The position numbers were made by a program, and so were the translations under genes. This document shows, in pieces, positions 1-15,293 of a stretch of DNA of 64,000 bases. The notes beneath the pieces were generated by a model. The model had not been told where the DNA came from. It ran no database searches and was given only the letters and a program-made list of their open reading frames with translations. The stretch comes from Azolla caroliniana. Taxonomy: Eukaryota > Plantae > Polypodiophyta. Numbering within the stretch: the stretch's first letter is position 1; each line of letters begins with the position of its first letter. Where the stretch lies: NCBI GenBank assembly GCA_043228905.1, contig JBHGNT010000008.1:19096001-19160000 (forward strand), written 5' to 3'.

Positions 1-2599
1 TGCACACCATGTATGTTGGGTGTTTATTATATAGCATAATTTACCAAAGCACTTGTCCATTTTTGCAATTTTTTGAAATACCTCTTAGGTTTCCTTTATT
101 CCTTGCTAGTATTATCAATATTCCTTTTTTGATCAACTCTAATGTTTGTTCCATTGAGTATAGTGAATCAAACATTTAAGTTGGATTAATGCTCATCATT
201 CTTCAATTAGTTTTCCTTTCCTTTGGATTAGCTAATCCATATATAATAGAGGTTAGTGTTAATCAATCATGAAACAATTGTTTAACTCTCACAAGAAACA
301 CTAAGCAAATGAGATGCATGGAAGAGAGGGTATTGGACACATCTACCTTTGTAGCCCAAGGTTTTGAGCATTCTTTAGGAAATCTTAAATGGGGGTTACT
401 TAATTGCCAAATGTTTTTTAACAAAAACTTAGATTATGCTCCAAAGTTAACGAATGCATGGGGATTGGGTTGGGCCTTATTATAAAATCCATGTTGTGGA
501 GCCAATGAAAGAATAAGAAACCTAACATATAATTTTCATAAATACTATGTTCTTGGTCCTCACAAATATGATATTGCATTTTGAATATATCGAAACTTAA
601 AACGTATACTTTATTGAAGTAGGTGTCATAAGGTTGGTTGATTTAAAAAAAGAAAATCATTGAATTGCAAGACTCGACATCATTCTTTAATCCTTAGGTT
701 TGAAGGTTTTCGATAAATACCACATGAAAAGGATTACTTTTATCTTTTGATGTGTTGACTCAATCCATATTTTATCTACATGAAAATGATGATTGCTTTA
801 GTATACTCTTTTCTCAAGTTGAGTAAACTTGGTTCAAGCTTTATGTTAGATTGTCCCCAATTTCTTACTTCGAGATTAAAATATGGCCAAGTTTGTAACT
901 ATCATTATTGAAATTAAGCTAGGAAATTGAAATATGTAGCACATAAAATTTAGTGTAACAGTTGTGTACATGCATGTATTCTTGTTGCCCTTGGCTTTTC
1001 ACACACGTCTTTTAGAAGACAAAAGCTACATGTATACTCTCTGGTTGGAGGGTATTTCTCGCATTGATTTAAGATCTTTCTCATATATTGGCCACATTTT
1101 TCGTACATGGGGAACAATTAGTGCTAGATTGATTAAATGATGTGCATATTTTGGGAGAACTAGAGAGGATTTGCTCAATGTATAATGGTACGATGAACCA
1201 AGGATGAAGTTGTGGACCGTTAATTAACAATGTTGTCTATGTTGGTATTTAGCATATTACAAACATTCAACTTAATATTTGGTGCCATTGTTAGGGTCTT
1301 GGTGGATGTCGACAAGCATACGATCAAGATTTTTGGAAGCTCACAAGGCATACAAAATACTAAAAGTGGGGGGCGCATATTTTCACATTTTAAAACTTTT
1401 GTTTAGTAAGGTGTGGATTTTCATATATTTAGTGTTTTTCCATATTTTTGTTATCAATAGCATATTATTTATAGTTTGTTGTTTTTTGTACTATATGTTT
1501 TCGCGTATTAAAATTCGGGGATTTAGTAGTAAATCCCCCCCAAAATATTAATACTTGACAATGTACCTTGATACTCATCAAGGATTTAGGACCTTCAATG
1601 CCAAAATAGTTGCTTCGGTACAACTCTCAAGGCTTGATCAACACATTTAAGATGAATCACTCAAGAGATTTAGACAAGTCGTTTTTGAGAGATTTCAACC
1701 AAGTTTATGTATGTATGTATGTATCGTGGTCATCAATGCTTGTCATTCAACGACCAAGGGTTAGACACTGCATTGAGGGTGTAATGCTAATGGTGATTGC
1801 TATAGTGGAGGATTATGGTGAAGACACGTGTTGACTATAATTTGCTAAGAATGGTCACTTAGTACTTATAAATTATGACCTATAATTGACAACTCTACAC
1901 AGAGAAAGTTAAAATACCACAAGATTAATTATAGTTGACATGTAACAAATGACAAGAGTTCAATTACTTACAAGTAGTTTCATGTGGTCCCCCCTTTCTT
2001 TCTTTATGTTCTTCCTTTTCTTTTATAGATAAGGAGAGTGAAGGGTGATTGTATTGTTTGTGTCTATGGTATTAAAGCTTTATGAAAGTTGTGATGTTGG
2101 ATGCAATAGAGATTGATTGGGGGAGGGGGGGTTGTGTAGGAGGGGGCATGAGGGTGACAGTGGGGATGGACCATTAGGACAATGGTTGGGGCAGGAAAGA
2201 GGTGCAAGTCTTCTTCTTTACCATCACTTGTGGCTCGAGCTAGATTGCCTTTGAGGCAAAATGTACTTAATGAATGACTTGCCCTTCATACATTAGATCA
2301 CAACTATGGTGGGATTGGTGTTGTTTGACATGGCATGCGTGAAGGGAGGAAACTATGTAAATGCAAGTTTTAGGACAAGTTAGGATTCTAGCTCAAAGTG
2401 GCACGGAGGAAAAGGTGAGGAGATGAAGTGTTAGTCAACAAGAAAACATAGCTCAAATGGAAAGAGGTAACCACTAAAGCCCAAGGATTTGAATCCTGTT
2501 TGAGGGCAACGAAGTGAAAAAAAATGAGCTACCATGTGTAAGGGATGTCAATGAGGTAAGCGATAAATACGAATGCGTCAACAACCATTTTGTTGGCAT

Positions 2600-3075
2600 T
2601 GGAGGCCCATGTGAGGATAAGGACCAGTACATGAGATGGTGCATGCTAAAATAGTCAAGGCTATTTTTATCTATCAAGAGAGATGTTGGAAGTTATATAA
2701 TGAGCAACAAAGCTCATTTTTGAGTTCACAAGTTTTGGGAATTGAGTGCCCAAAGCTTTGTTGACAAGTAGAATCATGGGGTAACCAATGATGGTGTGTG
2801 GGATGCTTATGAATGCCAAGGTGAATTGCCATGTGAGGATAAGGACAAGTGCATGCACAAACGAAAAAAATAATAGTGGATGCTAAAAGAAACGATATAA
2901 TTTTTATTTGGCAAGAGAGCTCTTGAAAGTTATATAATGAGCAACAAAGCTCATTGTTGGTTTCACAAGTTTTGGGAATTGAATGCCCAAAGCTTTGTCG
3001 AATAATGGAATTAGGGAGTAGCCAATCACGAGGGTGCGTGGGATGCCTAGGAAGACCAAGATGAAGTGCCATATA
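2600..3075. repeat. Degenerate tandem duplication, ~238-bp period
   Basis: TGAGCAACAAAGCTCATT...TCACAAGTTTTGGGAATTGA.TGCCCAAAGCTTTG at ~2701 and ~2938, with similar flanks. Confidence 0.7.
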
Positions 3076-4400
3076 TCCTAGATTTGCTATGTTGAGTGAG
3101 ACCATTGAGGACTTGAACCAAAGAGGATGGGTTGCGAACTCGAGTTGTCGTGTTGGAGACTTCAGGCTATCCTTCTATATTAGTGACCCTATTAAGAAAT
3201 ACAATAATAATATTTTGATGGTAAATATTTACCCTATTGATAAATACAATGCTTTGTACTTTAAAGGCCTAAGGTTCGAATATAGCCTTACATGCATCTA
3301 TGTGGTATATTAGGCCTACACATTATATTATTATTTTATTCCTAATCTGGATGTTGGAAGAGGAGTAGGTTCAACGAGGACAATATTGGAGGAGGTGAAG
3401 GCTCTAGAGGAGAGAGTTCAAGGTGGTGAAGGTTCGAGGACAAAGATGACGAGATGGTTCCAACTTCTCACTGGTTGTCGGAATCACGATCTAAGAAATC
3501 TGTCACAATCCTCGAGATAAAATATTTGTGTTGGCATGGCAAGGTTTCCGAGTTTTCTCTTTCTATGATTAAGCTCCAAAATCATGTGACTTAATGCCCC
3601 AAGCTCAGAATTCTGAATGCAATTGTTTGACACGTTTCTTGTTCGACTGCGATTAGTTTCAAATATACAAGAAATAATCGAGTTTAGATACCAAAATTAT
3701 GAATAATTTATACTAAAGCCCGTGAATTGAGTAGATACAAGCAAGATTATCTCAACTCCATTACATGGAGTGAACTGAAATAGAGGTAGATAATTAAAAT
3801 AGAGATGTAGGATTTGCAAGTAGAGCTTTGGATGGATATCCACATTGAGTTTTATTTACAAGACCAACGAGATGGCTTTATTGTCTCTAGTCATTGGTGA
3901 TCCTTGACGCCCTCTTGGTTCGCCACTCCAAGCTCGTTTGAGATTTCGACAACACTTCTGCCTTGATTCAAAATTGAACCCCCTACAATGAGCTATCCTC
4001 TCCCTTTTATTGGTTTTAAGAGGGTCCTTACTAAAATAGTGAGTTCATTTTGTAGCACAACCTTGAGACTCGACTAATGCAAAAAAAGACACAATTTTTC
4101 ATTTTAACCACATACCTTGACCATATATCTTGTTGCTTACTATAGATCACCTTTCTTCTGTCATCATCTATTACACGATTCAAACCTTTGAACTTCCACT
4201 CCTAGTATAAGCTCTTGACAACTAAGCTAAGCTTTGTCGTTGGCTTTGACTTCATCTTGTCGAGTGACTTCTTGTCATACTTGTTCTCTATTTGTCAATC
4301 TTTTATATATTCTTAGTTTAACTCACTTGGTCATGTGCGCTCGTCATATCACGATTCACAACACTAAAATTTAAGGATATCCCCCAATACCTTATTTCTT

Positions 4401-7400
4401 ATTTCTTATTTTTTCTTTTTCCAACAAAGAATATACTCCATTAGTTAAAATATACACAAACTCGATCCCTTTCTCGGGTAGGCCTTGCCTAGACTATCCT
4501 ATCCTTTATAAGAGATCTCACTTATTTATTTTACACTTTCACATGTGTCTCTAGCCATCCTTTCATACACATCCCCTACATTCAATATCCCACATGACAT
4601 CTCTTTCACGCCCCCCGTTCAACAAATGGGAGGGGGGAACAACCATCTGGGTACTACATACTGCCATCGTATATCCATTCCATTTGTTGTAGCCATCGGT
4701 GTAGTACACCACCGTTTTCTGAAATTCAGCCTCATTAACTATGAAGCATCATAAGTACCATCAATCCGCTAATATTGAGCTCTCAGTGTAGTTATTAGTG
4801 TGTGCCATATTAGCTTAATTGATTGAGCTGGAGGGCATTTGTTTGCTGAAAATATCCTCGTTATGGTACACCATGTTGTCCATATGCATCGTATGGTAAT
4901 GGGTGCAAACAACATCCATAGATCTCCAAGTTTTTGCTTCTGCGCACTAATTGTAGGTAACCTGTTGTCAGTCATTTGCCGAACAATGCTATTCTCCCCT
5001 CTGTACTAGCTTTTCATGTGCTATCGTATTTCACCACATCATCCTCAAGACCGTTCCAGCAAGCATGTCCCTAGTTGAGGGTGAATGAACCAGAGGCACA
5101 ACAAAGCAAACGTAATGCCCTTCCCCATACAACCACTGCCTCACGACATTCCCGCGACAATGGGAAATGCTTTCTATATGTCCACATGCAGTACATCTAG
5201 GGTCTACATTGGGGCCTTTACCCCACGTCCCTACCAGCAAGGCTCTATGCGCAATAAGCCATAAACACATCATTATCTTGAAGTCATAATTGTCATACCA
5301 TATCATTTTCCATAATTTATCTAGTCTCCATTCACTAATGCCCTCTTGTATCTAAAAATTTTGTGCTGCAATCTTGTCGTGTTCTTGTTCTAGAATAATT
5401 TGCCTCCCAATTTTCGTGTTGTACCTGAAAAATTGAACTAGCTTTGCCCCATCAATTTGTCCTTGAGTTCTCTGGAAATACATCGTTGGGTCCCATGATA
5501 GCTGATCCAAATGCCCTTCTATTGGTCAACACATTGTCGCACGTGTCATCTCCCTAGGCTTAGGGTCAATAATCATATCCTTTCCATTTTTTGCTATCAA
5601 CCTAATCGACCTTTCTCTTTGATAGGCTGGTTGATCACCTCTTGTCATTCCGTGCTCTAGTTTGTAGTAGCATGCCTCATTCGACTATGCTTCCATTCCC
5701 TTAATGCCAATTGAACAATTCTCGGCATCGATAAGTCCCATCCACACAATTTCAGAGGTAGTTATTTCTTCCTCTTCCAAGGTATGCCTATAGCATGCAA
5801 TGGCATATGTAACTCTTTTAAGCATGTCTTCATAATTCCAACAACATGCAATGGCATTTGATTTCTTGCCATGCTTTCATAATTCCAATAGCATATAGAC
5901 TCTACTTACTTCCTCAATATTTGGGTCTCATTTTTGGCACAAAACCCCAAAAGGGTTGCTTGGCCAACTTCCACCTTGTCTCGGCAACCACATCTTCCAT
6001 CTACGTCTCCATAGAACTTTCCAAAGGTGCCTTAGGAGGTTGCAATTTCCTAACCACTAGTTTGCCTAACAAAGCCTTCATTTACACCACAATATCTATC
6101 GGTATCAATCCCACCCCGCTTTCACTTTTCCCTTTTATAAGTGTGGTCCAAGAAACTTTTGCACGGGCATGTTTTTCCTCTGTGCCCCTGCATAAGAAAA
6201 TTTTGATTAGATCCTTTTTATCAATTTCATTGACTTGGGCACGATTATCCATCATGCAACAATATGCCATATAGTGGCCATTAGAATGTGATTTGCAATC
6301 ACAATCTTGCCCGACACGGATAGTTTTCTTGCATTCCACCATATTAGCTTCGCTTTTATTTTGTCCACTAGTAGTTTGTAGTGTTCTGCTCGATCGATGT
6401 CCATACCAATTTTGAAGCCGAAGTATGTAGTAGCTTATCCTCTCCTCACCCATCTGAAATTGGGGCCAGGGGCCCAATTTAACACGGGCTTATTACTAAT
6501 CCAAATGCCCAATGATTTATTCCAATTTATTTAGCATCCGATCCCCTACAAAACTCATCAATTGCATTTTGCAATTTACCCAAGTTGTTTGCATCACCCT
6601 TGACATAGGTCATTGCATCATCATCATATGTCATATCAAGCACCATACCTACATCATCCGGCAAGGTAAGGCCTTGTATTTGCCAAGATCTATCAACAAT
6701 TTGATAATGCAAAGCTTCTGTTACAATGATGTATAAGTACGGGGCCAATGGGCATCCTTGGCGTACCGAACGTAGCATCTTAAAGCTCTTCCCCATACTT
6801 CCAACCATTAAAACCTGGCTGGATGCACCTCTGTAAAAGGTACCCATTCCAAGGATCCATTGTTGTTCAAAGCCTAGGGCTGCCATCACTACTTATGGGA
6901 ATTCTCATGAAATCCTGTCATAGCTTTTTCGAAGTTGAGTAGCAATGAGCATTACTACCAGGTTCACTTCTTGCTCCTCAACCCATGTTGAGTATTCCCA
7001 AAAAGTTATCACATTATCAACAATGCTCCGGTTTTCAGGTTTTGCCATTATCTTATACGAATTGGTGATAATTATCAATGGTTGCCAATTATCGATCGTT
7101 GTTAGGTCTTTTCCATCCTTGGGTATTAAATAAAGGGAAAAGTACCAGGATACCCCTGGAAGTTCGTCTATTTACTAGAATGCCCCTGAAAGTTCAAACT
7201 ACCCCTATGTCCAAAAAAATATACTGTATAAAATAATTATACAGTGAAATCTACAGGCCCTACTTACAAGTTACTAGAATACCCTTCAAACACAAATTTC
7301 TTTTTACCAACCCCCCCCACCCCCCCCCCCCCCCCCACCTAGAGAGAGAGAGAGAGAGAGGAAAAGAACACCTAGAGAGAGAACAAAATTACACAGATTG

Positions 7401-10400
7401 AGAACAAAATCCTACTCACCACTTATTTATCGATAGGCCTTTTGTTTTTATTAGTCAGAGAATCTACTGGCTCATGTTGTTTTTACATCAAAATTGAATT
7501 GAAAAACAACGTTGTTGTTGTCATTAGAGAGTTAATTAAAAGAGACGTAAAGCGGTAAAAAAACGTACTGATTATGCCCTCGGAGACACTAATCCAGGTG
7601 TTTCTGATTGGGTCATTATGGGATACCGGATAGGTAATTAGGCACAACCATTGGGTCATTAGAGATGTTATTTGGATTAATCAGGATGCTAATACGGGTA
7701 TTTGGAGATTCTGATTGGGTGGATACATAATGGGTTTTTAGAGATACTGATAGGGTCAATTAAAAGGTTGTTTTCGGTAATTAGCGCTTTAGATTGGGTT
7801 ATTTAAGAGGCTATTATGGTAATTAGCGATGTCAATTGAGTCATTAAGGATGTTAATCATTGTTAATTAATCTCATTCATCTGAATTGCACACCTAAGCT
7901 AGGTAACAATTTTGGTATGTGAATTCATCTCAAGCTGAATCATAGTAGTGTTTGCACTCATATTCTCTTCAAAACTTATTTCGTGGCTCCAAATCGTTCT
8001 GCGTTTACAGGCCATAACTGTTGTTTTGTTTTTTACGAACTTCAATCCCACTGGATATGGCTTTGACTAAACTTACTCATCTCTCCATGGGCATTAGCTG
8101 AGGAGTGTGTGTAAAGAAATCGTCAGAAAACATAAATGATTCATCAGTAGATGATTCCTACATAATCGAAAGAGGCAAATGACACCATGGATTCATGATC
8201 CAAAAGGCAGGAGCTGATTGAAAGCTGAAGGCGGATAAGAGGCATGCAAGAAATGGAACCTATAAATGAGAGGGAATTTAGGGGGTTTGAATCTAATGCA
8301 GAGCAGAGCGTTGGGGGCAGTGGAAGGACAGGAAGCAAAAGAAGGCGAAGAAGAGAAGGAAATCGGTATAATTAGTACTGCTAATCCTGCATATAATCAA
8401 GGAAACGTAGGAGCTACCATAGCTGTGGCGCTTCCTGCGAAACGCCACCGAGCCTAAGCTTCCGCCATCGCCGATCTCCCACCATATCCACGAAGAATCA
8501 ATCGGGCTCTTCTTGTCCGGTCATAGAACCAGCAACTTGACAGTCCGATCGACAAACGCCAAGGGTATTTTGGTAAATAGGGCTTGTAGATTTTAGTGTA
8601 TAATTACTTTATAAAGTGTATTTTTTTGGATATAGGGGTAATTTGGTAAATTTGAAACTTCTAGGGGCATTCTGGTAAATAGACAAACTTCCAGGGGTAT
8701 CTTGGTACTTTTCCCTTAAATAAATCATTCCTTTGCACATTGTTGTGGGCATTAATCCTTCAACCATAATGTATTGCATCCCTATCAACATGTCATCCTT
8801 AATTAGATCCCAATATTTGATGTAAAAGTATATATGAAGTTCGTCAATTCTTGCATAGCTTTGTTTGTTCATATCCCGAATAGCATCCCACAATTCTTGC
8901 ATACCTATAGGGGTATTTAGTTGGTTGATCATCTGAGCAGTAACTTTCCTTGGTATCCTATTTATTATATTTCTAAAGGCAACCTGTGTTACCGTACGGG
9001 ATGTACGTATAGTTGAGTGTAATGAGTGAGGGTGAAGAAACTTAATGGTTGTATGTATGTGTAACGTATACGATTATGAATGTAACTGTGAGTGTGACCA
9101 GAAATAAACTTAGCTTTCATAACTATAAGTAATCCCCCATGAATATGTCTATCCCCCATAGTTGTTGACCATGTATTGGTTCAATTCCCAGGGCAAATGT
9201 TTCCAAATTTATCGATCTTATCCCCATCTAGATAGTGCTCCTACACCATGATAACATCAGGCACCATTGCCTCAGTGCAACACTGAATTTCAGTAACCAA
9301 TACATTCTTTTTCATCTGGAATTGGGTGCCACCAATTCCTTGTGTATTCCAAGTTAGCAAGCTAAGACTCACATAACCTACATCTCTATGGCATGACCAA
9401 TGCATTTTCAACTTCCACTATGGTAGCTAATATCCTATCTTGGAGATTTTCCTCTTCCAATTGTGTCAACATTTCAGGGATGTATACCATGAATTCCGCG
9501 ATCATTTTAGGAAGCTTCCTAAATTTCACATTTATGTAGCATATGCCTTGCTCATTCGCCTTGCCCGAACTCTAGATGATGCCATCTTTCCATTGTCTTT
9601 TCATTTTCACACCTATTTAGGTACCATATGATGAGTCTACATGAACATCCATTTGTTGTTCCAAACATTCGAGTGCTTTTTCTCTACTGTGTGGTTCCTT
9701 ATTTCCAATGGCTAGAATATAGGACAATCCAACGATCCGTCCTTCATCAATACATTTACCACATATATTGACTTTACACATGTTGTCCTTCTTCATCTCA
9801 TTTCCTTGAACCACTTTTTGCCTTTCAGTTTCAGTTTGCTCTGTTGTCCAGTATTCAAGAGGGGGGTCACTTTGTATTGAAGATTCCAGTTCACTCTCGG
9901 TCATTTACGCATCCCTTTAGTTTTCTCCATCCCCTTCCCCTCCTCTTTTCTAGCACGCATGTGTCGTTTCATTTTTGCCATCCCCTTAATATATTGGGTT
10001 GTCACCAATGATTTAGCTTGCTCTTTCAAGGGGCTTACGACCTTTCCTACATTTACTTCTCCTACCTTATCCATACTTTCATGTAGCATCTGGTCAATAT
10101 TATCCCCTACCAAATTGTCTTCATGTTGTAGTTTTTGCATATCATTAATAGCTTCCACATAGTTGCTCTCACGATTTGCCTTCGCTCTTGCTTCCCTTTC
10201 ATTATTTTTGTTTTCGTTGTCCTCTAAGGTTAAGAGTGTGTATTTGTTGCTAAGTGGAAGTCATTCTTGTCTGACCATAACTTTTTGTTTGGCATTATTG
10301 TTGTTATATTTCCATCCATCTTCATTCTTACTCATTGCATGGTTTATTCGTTGATTATTCTGTTGCATCAGACTTGTTGTGATTTTCCGTCCTTGCTTCC

Positions 10401-11389
10401 TATTTCCATGATGCATGTTCTCCTTACCTCTCAAGCATTGTCGAGCCCTATGCCCCATCTATCTGCATGCAAAGCATTGGCATGGCAGTCCTGCATACTC
10501 CATTGTCTATACATGGTCAAACATTTGTTTACTACTAAGCAACATCAATTGCAGTAGGGTCTTTACATCCGAGACAATTAGTTTGATCTTCGGTGTTTCA
10601 CTTATTCTTTCTGCTAGAGTTTTTTCTAGGCATTGCCCTCCCATACTTTTGCCAATGGCCGGGAGAAAGGACTCCCATTGCTTGGGTAAACCAGGGAAAA
10701 AGGTGGTTATCATTGTTGGATTGCCTATACAAGCATAAACTTTACACATGTCAAAGTCTGCATCCCAATTGAATACATAGGCTCTCGAATTGTGCCATAT
10801 TAGTGGATTGCTCTCGACAATTTTGCATATATTCGTTTTAGGCATCATTGTGACATGGTAGAACCCCTTTCCCATAAATGTGATGTCCTTCATTCTGCCA
10901 AGGTCATCTTGTAAGCAACTTTGCAGCCAGTCACGCAACAATGCTCTGTTAGGGGTCGACTACCCACCACTTTCACCACAAAGGATTCCCGTTTAAGACA
11001 TATTAATTCACTCTCCATAAGGCATTCTTCTTCGGGGGAGAGAACGAAGGCTCCCATTGCTTGCATAGAGGTACCATTTCAACTGTCCATTCCTTCTATT
11101 TCCTATTCTGTAATAGCAACAATGCAATTATACATATGTTCTTGACATACTTGCGTCCCATTGTTGTCCAGAAGGTTATGGGATGGTGTTCGTGCAGGTT
11201 TTGAGGCAGCCATCGCTCCTCTCAACCCCTTTGACATTAGTTTCCCTCTGTCGTCGTCGTTTGATCCTCCCTCAGATGTCATCACTCCATTCCCAGGACT
11301 CTTGATGCTCATTCATTGATGTCCTCGGCCTTGCTAATTCTCTAGCTATTTTTTAAATCATGAAATTGGTGAATATTGTGTGCAAACCA
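4401..11389 (-). mobile_element. Degenerate L1-type LINE, near full length, interrupted by a MULE
   Basis: 19-bp direct repeat CCCCAATACCTTATTTCTT at 4382-4400 and 11390-11408 (TSD); T-rich tail on + strand at ~4401-4420. Minus-strand fragments occur in LINE order: ORF1-like (10507-11312, zinc-knuckle remnant GHRARQC ~10450), RT (RSVRQGCPLAPYLY...YDDD, 6527-6889), C-terminal zinc finger (CTACGHIESISHC, 5031-5306). Many stops and frameshifts. Confidence 0.85.
7135..8715. mobile_element. Non-autonomous Mutator-like (MULE) TIR element
   Basis: ~150-bp imperfect TIRs starting GGGAAAAGTACCAGGATACCCCTGGAAG and ending CTTCCAGGGGTATCTTGGTACTTTTCCC; perfect 9-bp TSD TTAAATAAA (7126-7134, 8716-8724); no transposase ORF; splits LINE ORF2. 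Confidence 0.9.
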
Positions 11390-14300
11390 CCCCAATACCT
11401 TATTTCTTTTAATTCTCCCATCCTATGCAAAAGGGCTCAATTATTGAAAATTAATGTAATTTGGATTTAACCCCCCCCCCCCCCCCCCTCTCCCAATCGA
11501 CCATGCAATTGCAATTGTGTTGACGCCTCAACAATTGTTGCCATCGTAGCTTGGCATCGAAGAGCGATGCATGATGCCAAGCTTGCAAATTTAGTATTCT
11601 AAGCCTAGGCATCACATCTATGAAGTTGCTCACCTCCACTGCCTTATGTGCACACATAACATACACAAATACACACAAAAAAAAAACTTATTTACACATA
11701 AACACAAACACAAACACAAACAAATCACAGTTCAGAAAATCCAATAGATCAACTAGTTTATGCATTAACAAATATTTAACTCCTAGATTATGCATTAACA
11801 AATATTTAACTCCAATAGATCAACTAGTTTATACACATAAGTGTGGAAATGTTCCAACATAACTAATTGCAAGCAACTTCAAGTTTGGAGAAAATAGAAG
11901 GCACCTAAAACCTCTATCTATAAATAAGCTCCTTGGGGACTAAGGGTGCATTTTGAATTGTAATAAAACCTAAGATATCCAAACTATTAAATTTTAGTCT
12001 TTAGGAGCTCTTTATCATTCAACTACAAAAGTTTAGAGGATGCCAACCCACTAGGTTGCAAAGATATATGATGTTCTTAATTGACTGTGTCTAAATTGAC
12101 AAACAAACAAAAACCTTCTTGTGTTATCACTGATACTTAACATTGATTAATGGATCTTTGTCAACAATATATCTATGAGTGGTGTTGGCAAGAAAATAAT
12201 CTCACAATCTCGGTCCAAAGTTTAAGTAAATAAAAGAATAAGGGGAAAATAAGAAATTGACGGGAAGAAAAGTGGAAAAGAAATATGGACTAATGTGACC
12301 ATTATAGCTTACGAGACCAAAACAATGTACATATATTATTGCTTGTTCAATTTTTTGAGAAATGAAAATGAAAATAAACAGTTACTAAATAAAGATTAAA
12401 AGATAAAATTGGTCATGTTGACCTAGCCTAAAGTCCTATGGGATGCCTCATTGATAGCACATCATGCTTGATGAATCTCAATTCTCAACTCAAGCCTCCA
12501 ATGTTTGAGGAGTGGGTGTCATTCTTCCACCACATGACCTACAGTGTCTCCGACTAGCATCAAGCTCTTTAGCTCTCATCAAGGCATGTTAAATTAAGGG
12601 TTGAGCGTCCTATGCTCTTCTGACGGGTGTTGGAATACCTTCTCTTTACAATATGGGGTGGTTGGGTGCATGTGGAGTTTTACAAGACGGAAGACCCAAA
12701 GAACTGTGGGTCATTGAATTGCATGGTAACAATGGTGTGCGATGGTCTAGAACCCCCTCTCTAGACACGCGTTGTCATGTAATCGTACGTGCGTGTGCCA
12801 CTCGAGCTGGACCACGAGGATCTTTGACAATGGGGATATGAAAGTTATGTTGAGAAATCGGTGCGGAATAGATCACAATAAACGAACTACACGCTAAAAT
12901 ACGAATCACAAGAAATGCCAGAAAGACAAGATTGTTGAGAGACAAGCTCAACATCGGCCGGATCGGCTGAGCAAGCCGAGGACCGGATCGGTTGGGACCG
13001 ATTGATTAGGCCGGACCGATGCGTAAAACGGTACGCAAACCAGTGCGTAGGAAGGCCGTATCGGTGCGTAAACCGAAAGGCCGTTAGAAAGATATTCCTA
13101 GTAAGGAATAATTTTGGGAGTAAGAGTCGAGGCTCATTTATGAGCAGTCAAGTACTATCAGTACTTGTGTCAGCCCGATTGTCAGGACTTGTATAAAAGT
13201 GCTCACTGAGCACATCCTATATACAATTTTTGAGTATTAGTTTTTGAATTAAGTTCTGTGTTTACTCTCTCTCTGTCTCTCCTGTGCGTACTGTGCAAAC
13301 CTAAGCTCTCCATTAAACCTGCGTTTTCTGTTGTTCAGTTTTCTATATTGCTTCCGCATGCAATTCTTTTCATGGTATCATAGAGCGAGGGTTCAGAACC
13401 TCTACAACCGACTTTGCTTGAAGGGAAAACTAACAAAGAAGAGCAAGAAAACCGATGGACAGAGGAATGGCTAGCTCGCTTCCAATAGAGAAGCTCGACA
13501 GAACCAACTACGCATCTTGGTCCTACAAGATGCACCAGTACCTGCTCGGACACGGTTACTGGAGCTATGTCGATGGAGCAAATGACACAACACCCGATTC
13601 GATACACAAAGACTTCCTGGCGTGGGAACAATCGGCGAGCAGAGTGTTGTACTGTTTCGCGTCTTGTGTGGGCGAACAACTGTTAAGCTACGTTTGGGAT
13701 GCAAAAACGCCGAAGGGTGCGTGGGAAAATCTGAAGAAGATTTTCGCCGTTGTCGTGTGAATCTTCACACAATATGTAAAAAATAATGAAATAATTATTA
13801 TAGATTAGATTAGTAGCTTACTATAGAAAGATGGATATACTCAAGAGCTTGAAAACGTATTTTACTATATACAAAATGGAGAAATACATATCAAGTTATG
13901 TGAAAATGAAGTTTGAGAAGATAGGGAAAATAGAAATATTATTTATCCCACATAGATAGGAAACTTAAGGCCCTAGCTATATAAGCACCTTGAGCTCCTC
14001 ACTTTTCATTTGTGATAAGAGCTCTTTGGTCGCTTTGTCTTGATGGATGATGGTGGCCAAGTTCCCAAAAATCGGTAAGCAAAACTGAAATCCAGAAACT
14101 GGTCCGTAAGCAAATTCGAAAAACAGGCTGGCAAGCAAAATTGAAAACCGGTCAACAAGCAAAATTGGAAATCGGGCTGGCAAGCAAAACTGGAACTGGG
14201 CTGGTAAGTAAAACCGGAAACCGGTCGGCAAGCAAAATCGGAAATCGGTCGGAAAGTAAAACCGGAAATTGGCCGGCAAACAAAACTAGAACCGGGCCGA

Positions 14301-15293
14301 CAAGAAAAACCGGAAACCGGCCGGTAAGCAAACCGGATCCGGCAGCAGAGCTGACGAGGCGGTGGCAATCAGCGACTAGACGAGGTTGGACGCAAACCGA
14401 ACAGAAGATTGGATCATGCAACAAACTAAAGTAAAGTGAAGAGAACTAAAGTAAAGGTCATGTGGACGCAAGCGACTAAAGTTGGAGTGCATGCAAAAAG
14501 TAAAGGTCATGTGGACGGTCGCATGCAACTAAAAGAAAAAGCCATGCAACTAAAAATAGATGCAACTAAAAGAAAAAGCTAAGCAACTAAAAGTAGAGGC
14601 CATGCAACAAAAAGTGGACATGCAGATGATCAAGGGAAAACTCCATATAAAATTCCATTTTTTTTCCTACACTCATGCTCTCTCGATTAATTTTCTTTTC
14701 CTTCTCAGCTCCCCTATCTTAGGGAAGTCATAACTCTCATAAACCCTAAATTCCCTACGGAAGCCATAACACTCAAAAACCCTAATTTCCTTACGGAAGC
14801 CATAAACCCTAAAATTTCCCTACGGAAGCCATATCTCTCAAAATCCAAAATTCCTTATCAAAGCCATATCACTCAAGAATCCTAATCTCTTATTTCCTCT
14901 AATCTATTATTCTAGTAATCTCCTTAAGATAAAAAACATGTTCGCGTTCACAAGTGGAAGGATCGCGCATAAATGGAAGGATAAGGGTAATTTTAGGGGT
15001 TTTTCAATGATTTTACAAAACACATTGATACCAGTATCATACAAGTTCAAACATACTATGAAAAAGGTTAAAAATCCACTATTTTCGTGATTTAGAAGTA
15101 ACTAAAAAAAGACGAATTTCAAAAACGTACATTCTCAATTTATATCACAAACTTTACAACCAATGTTATTTTATAAGAAACGATTTTTGGGAAATCATAA
15201 GAATTCAAAACACATGATTTTATATTACTCGATTTGTTACAAGCGGAATGTAGTTACACTTAATAGCCAAATATACATTCATGATAGAGTCCT

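Noticed and set aside
3500-4365. Possible old solo LTR starting TGTCACAATC
   Set aside because: No convincing matching end or TSD found by eye.
13977-14434. Repetitive ORFs on both strands
   Set aside because: Arise from degenerate tandem repeats inside a solo LTR.
14740-14890. Interstitial telomere (AAACCCTAA motifs)
   Set aside because: Isolated telobox-like motifs within LTR repeats, not tandem TTTAGGG arrays.
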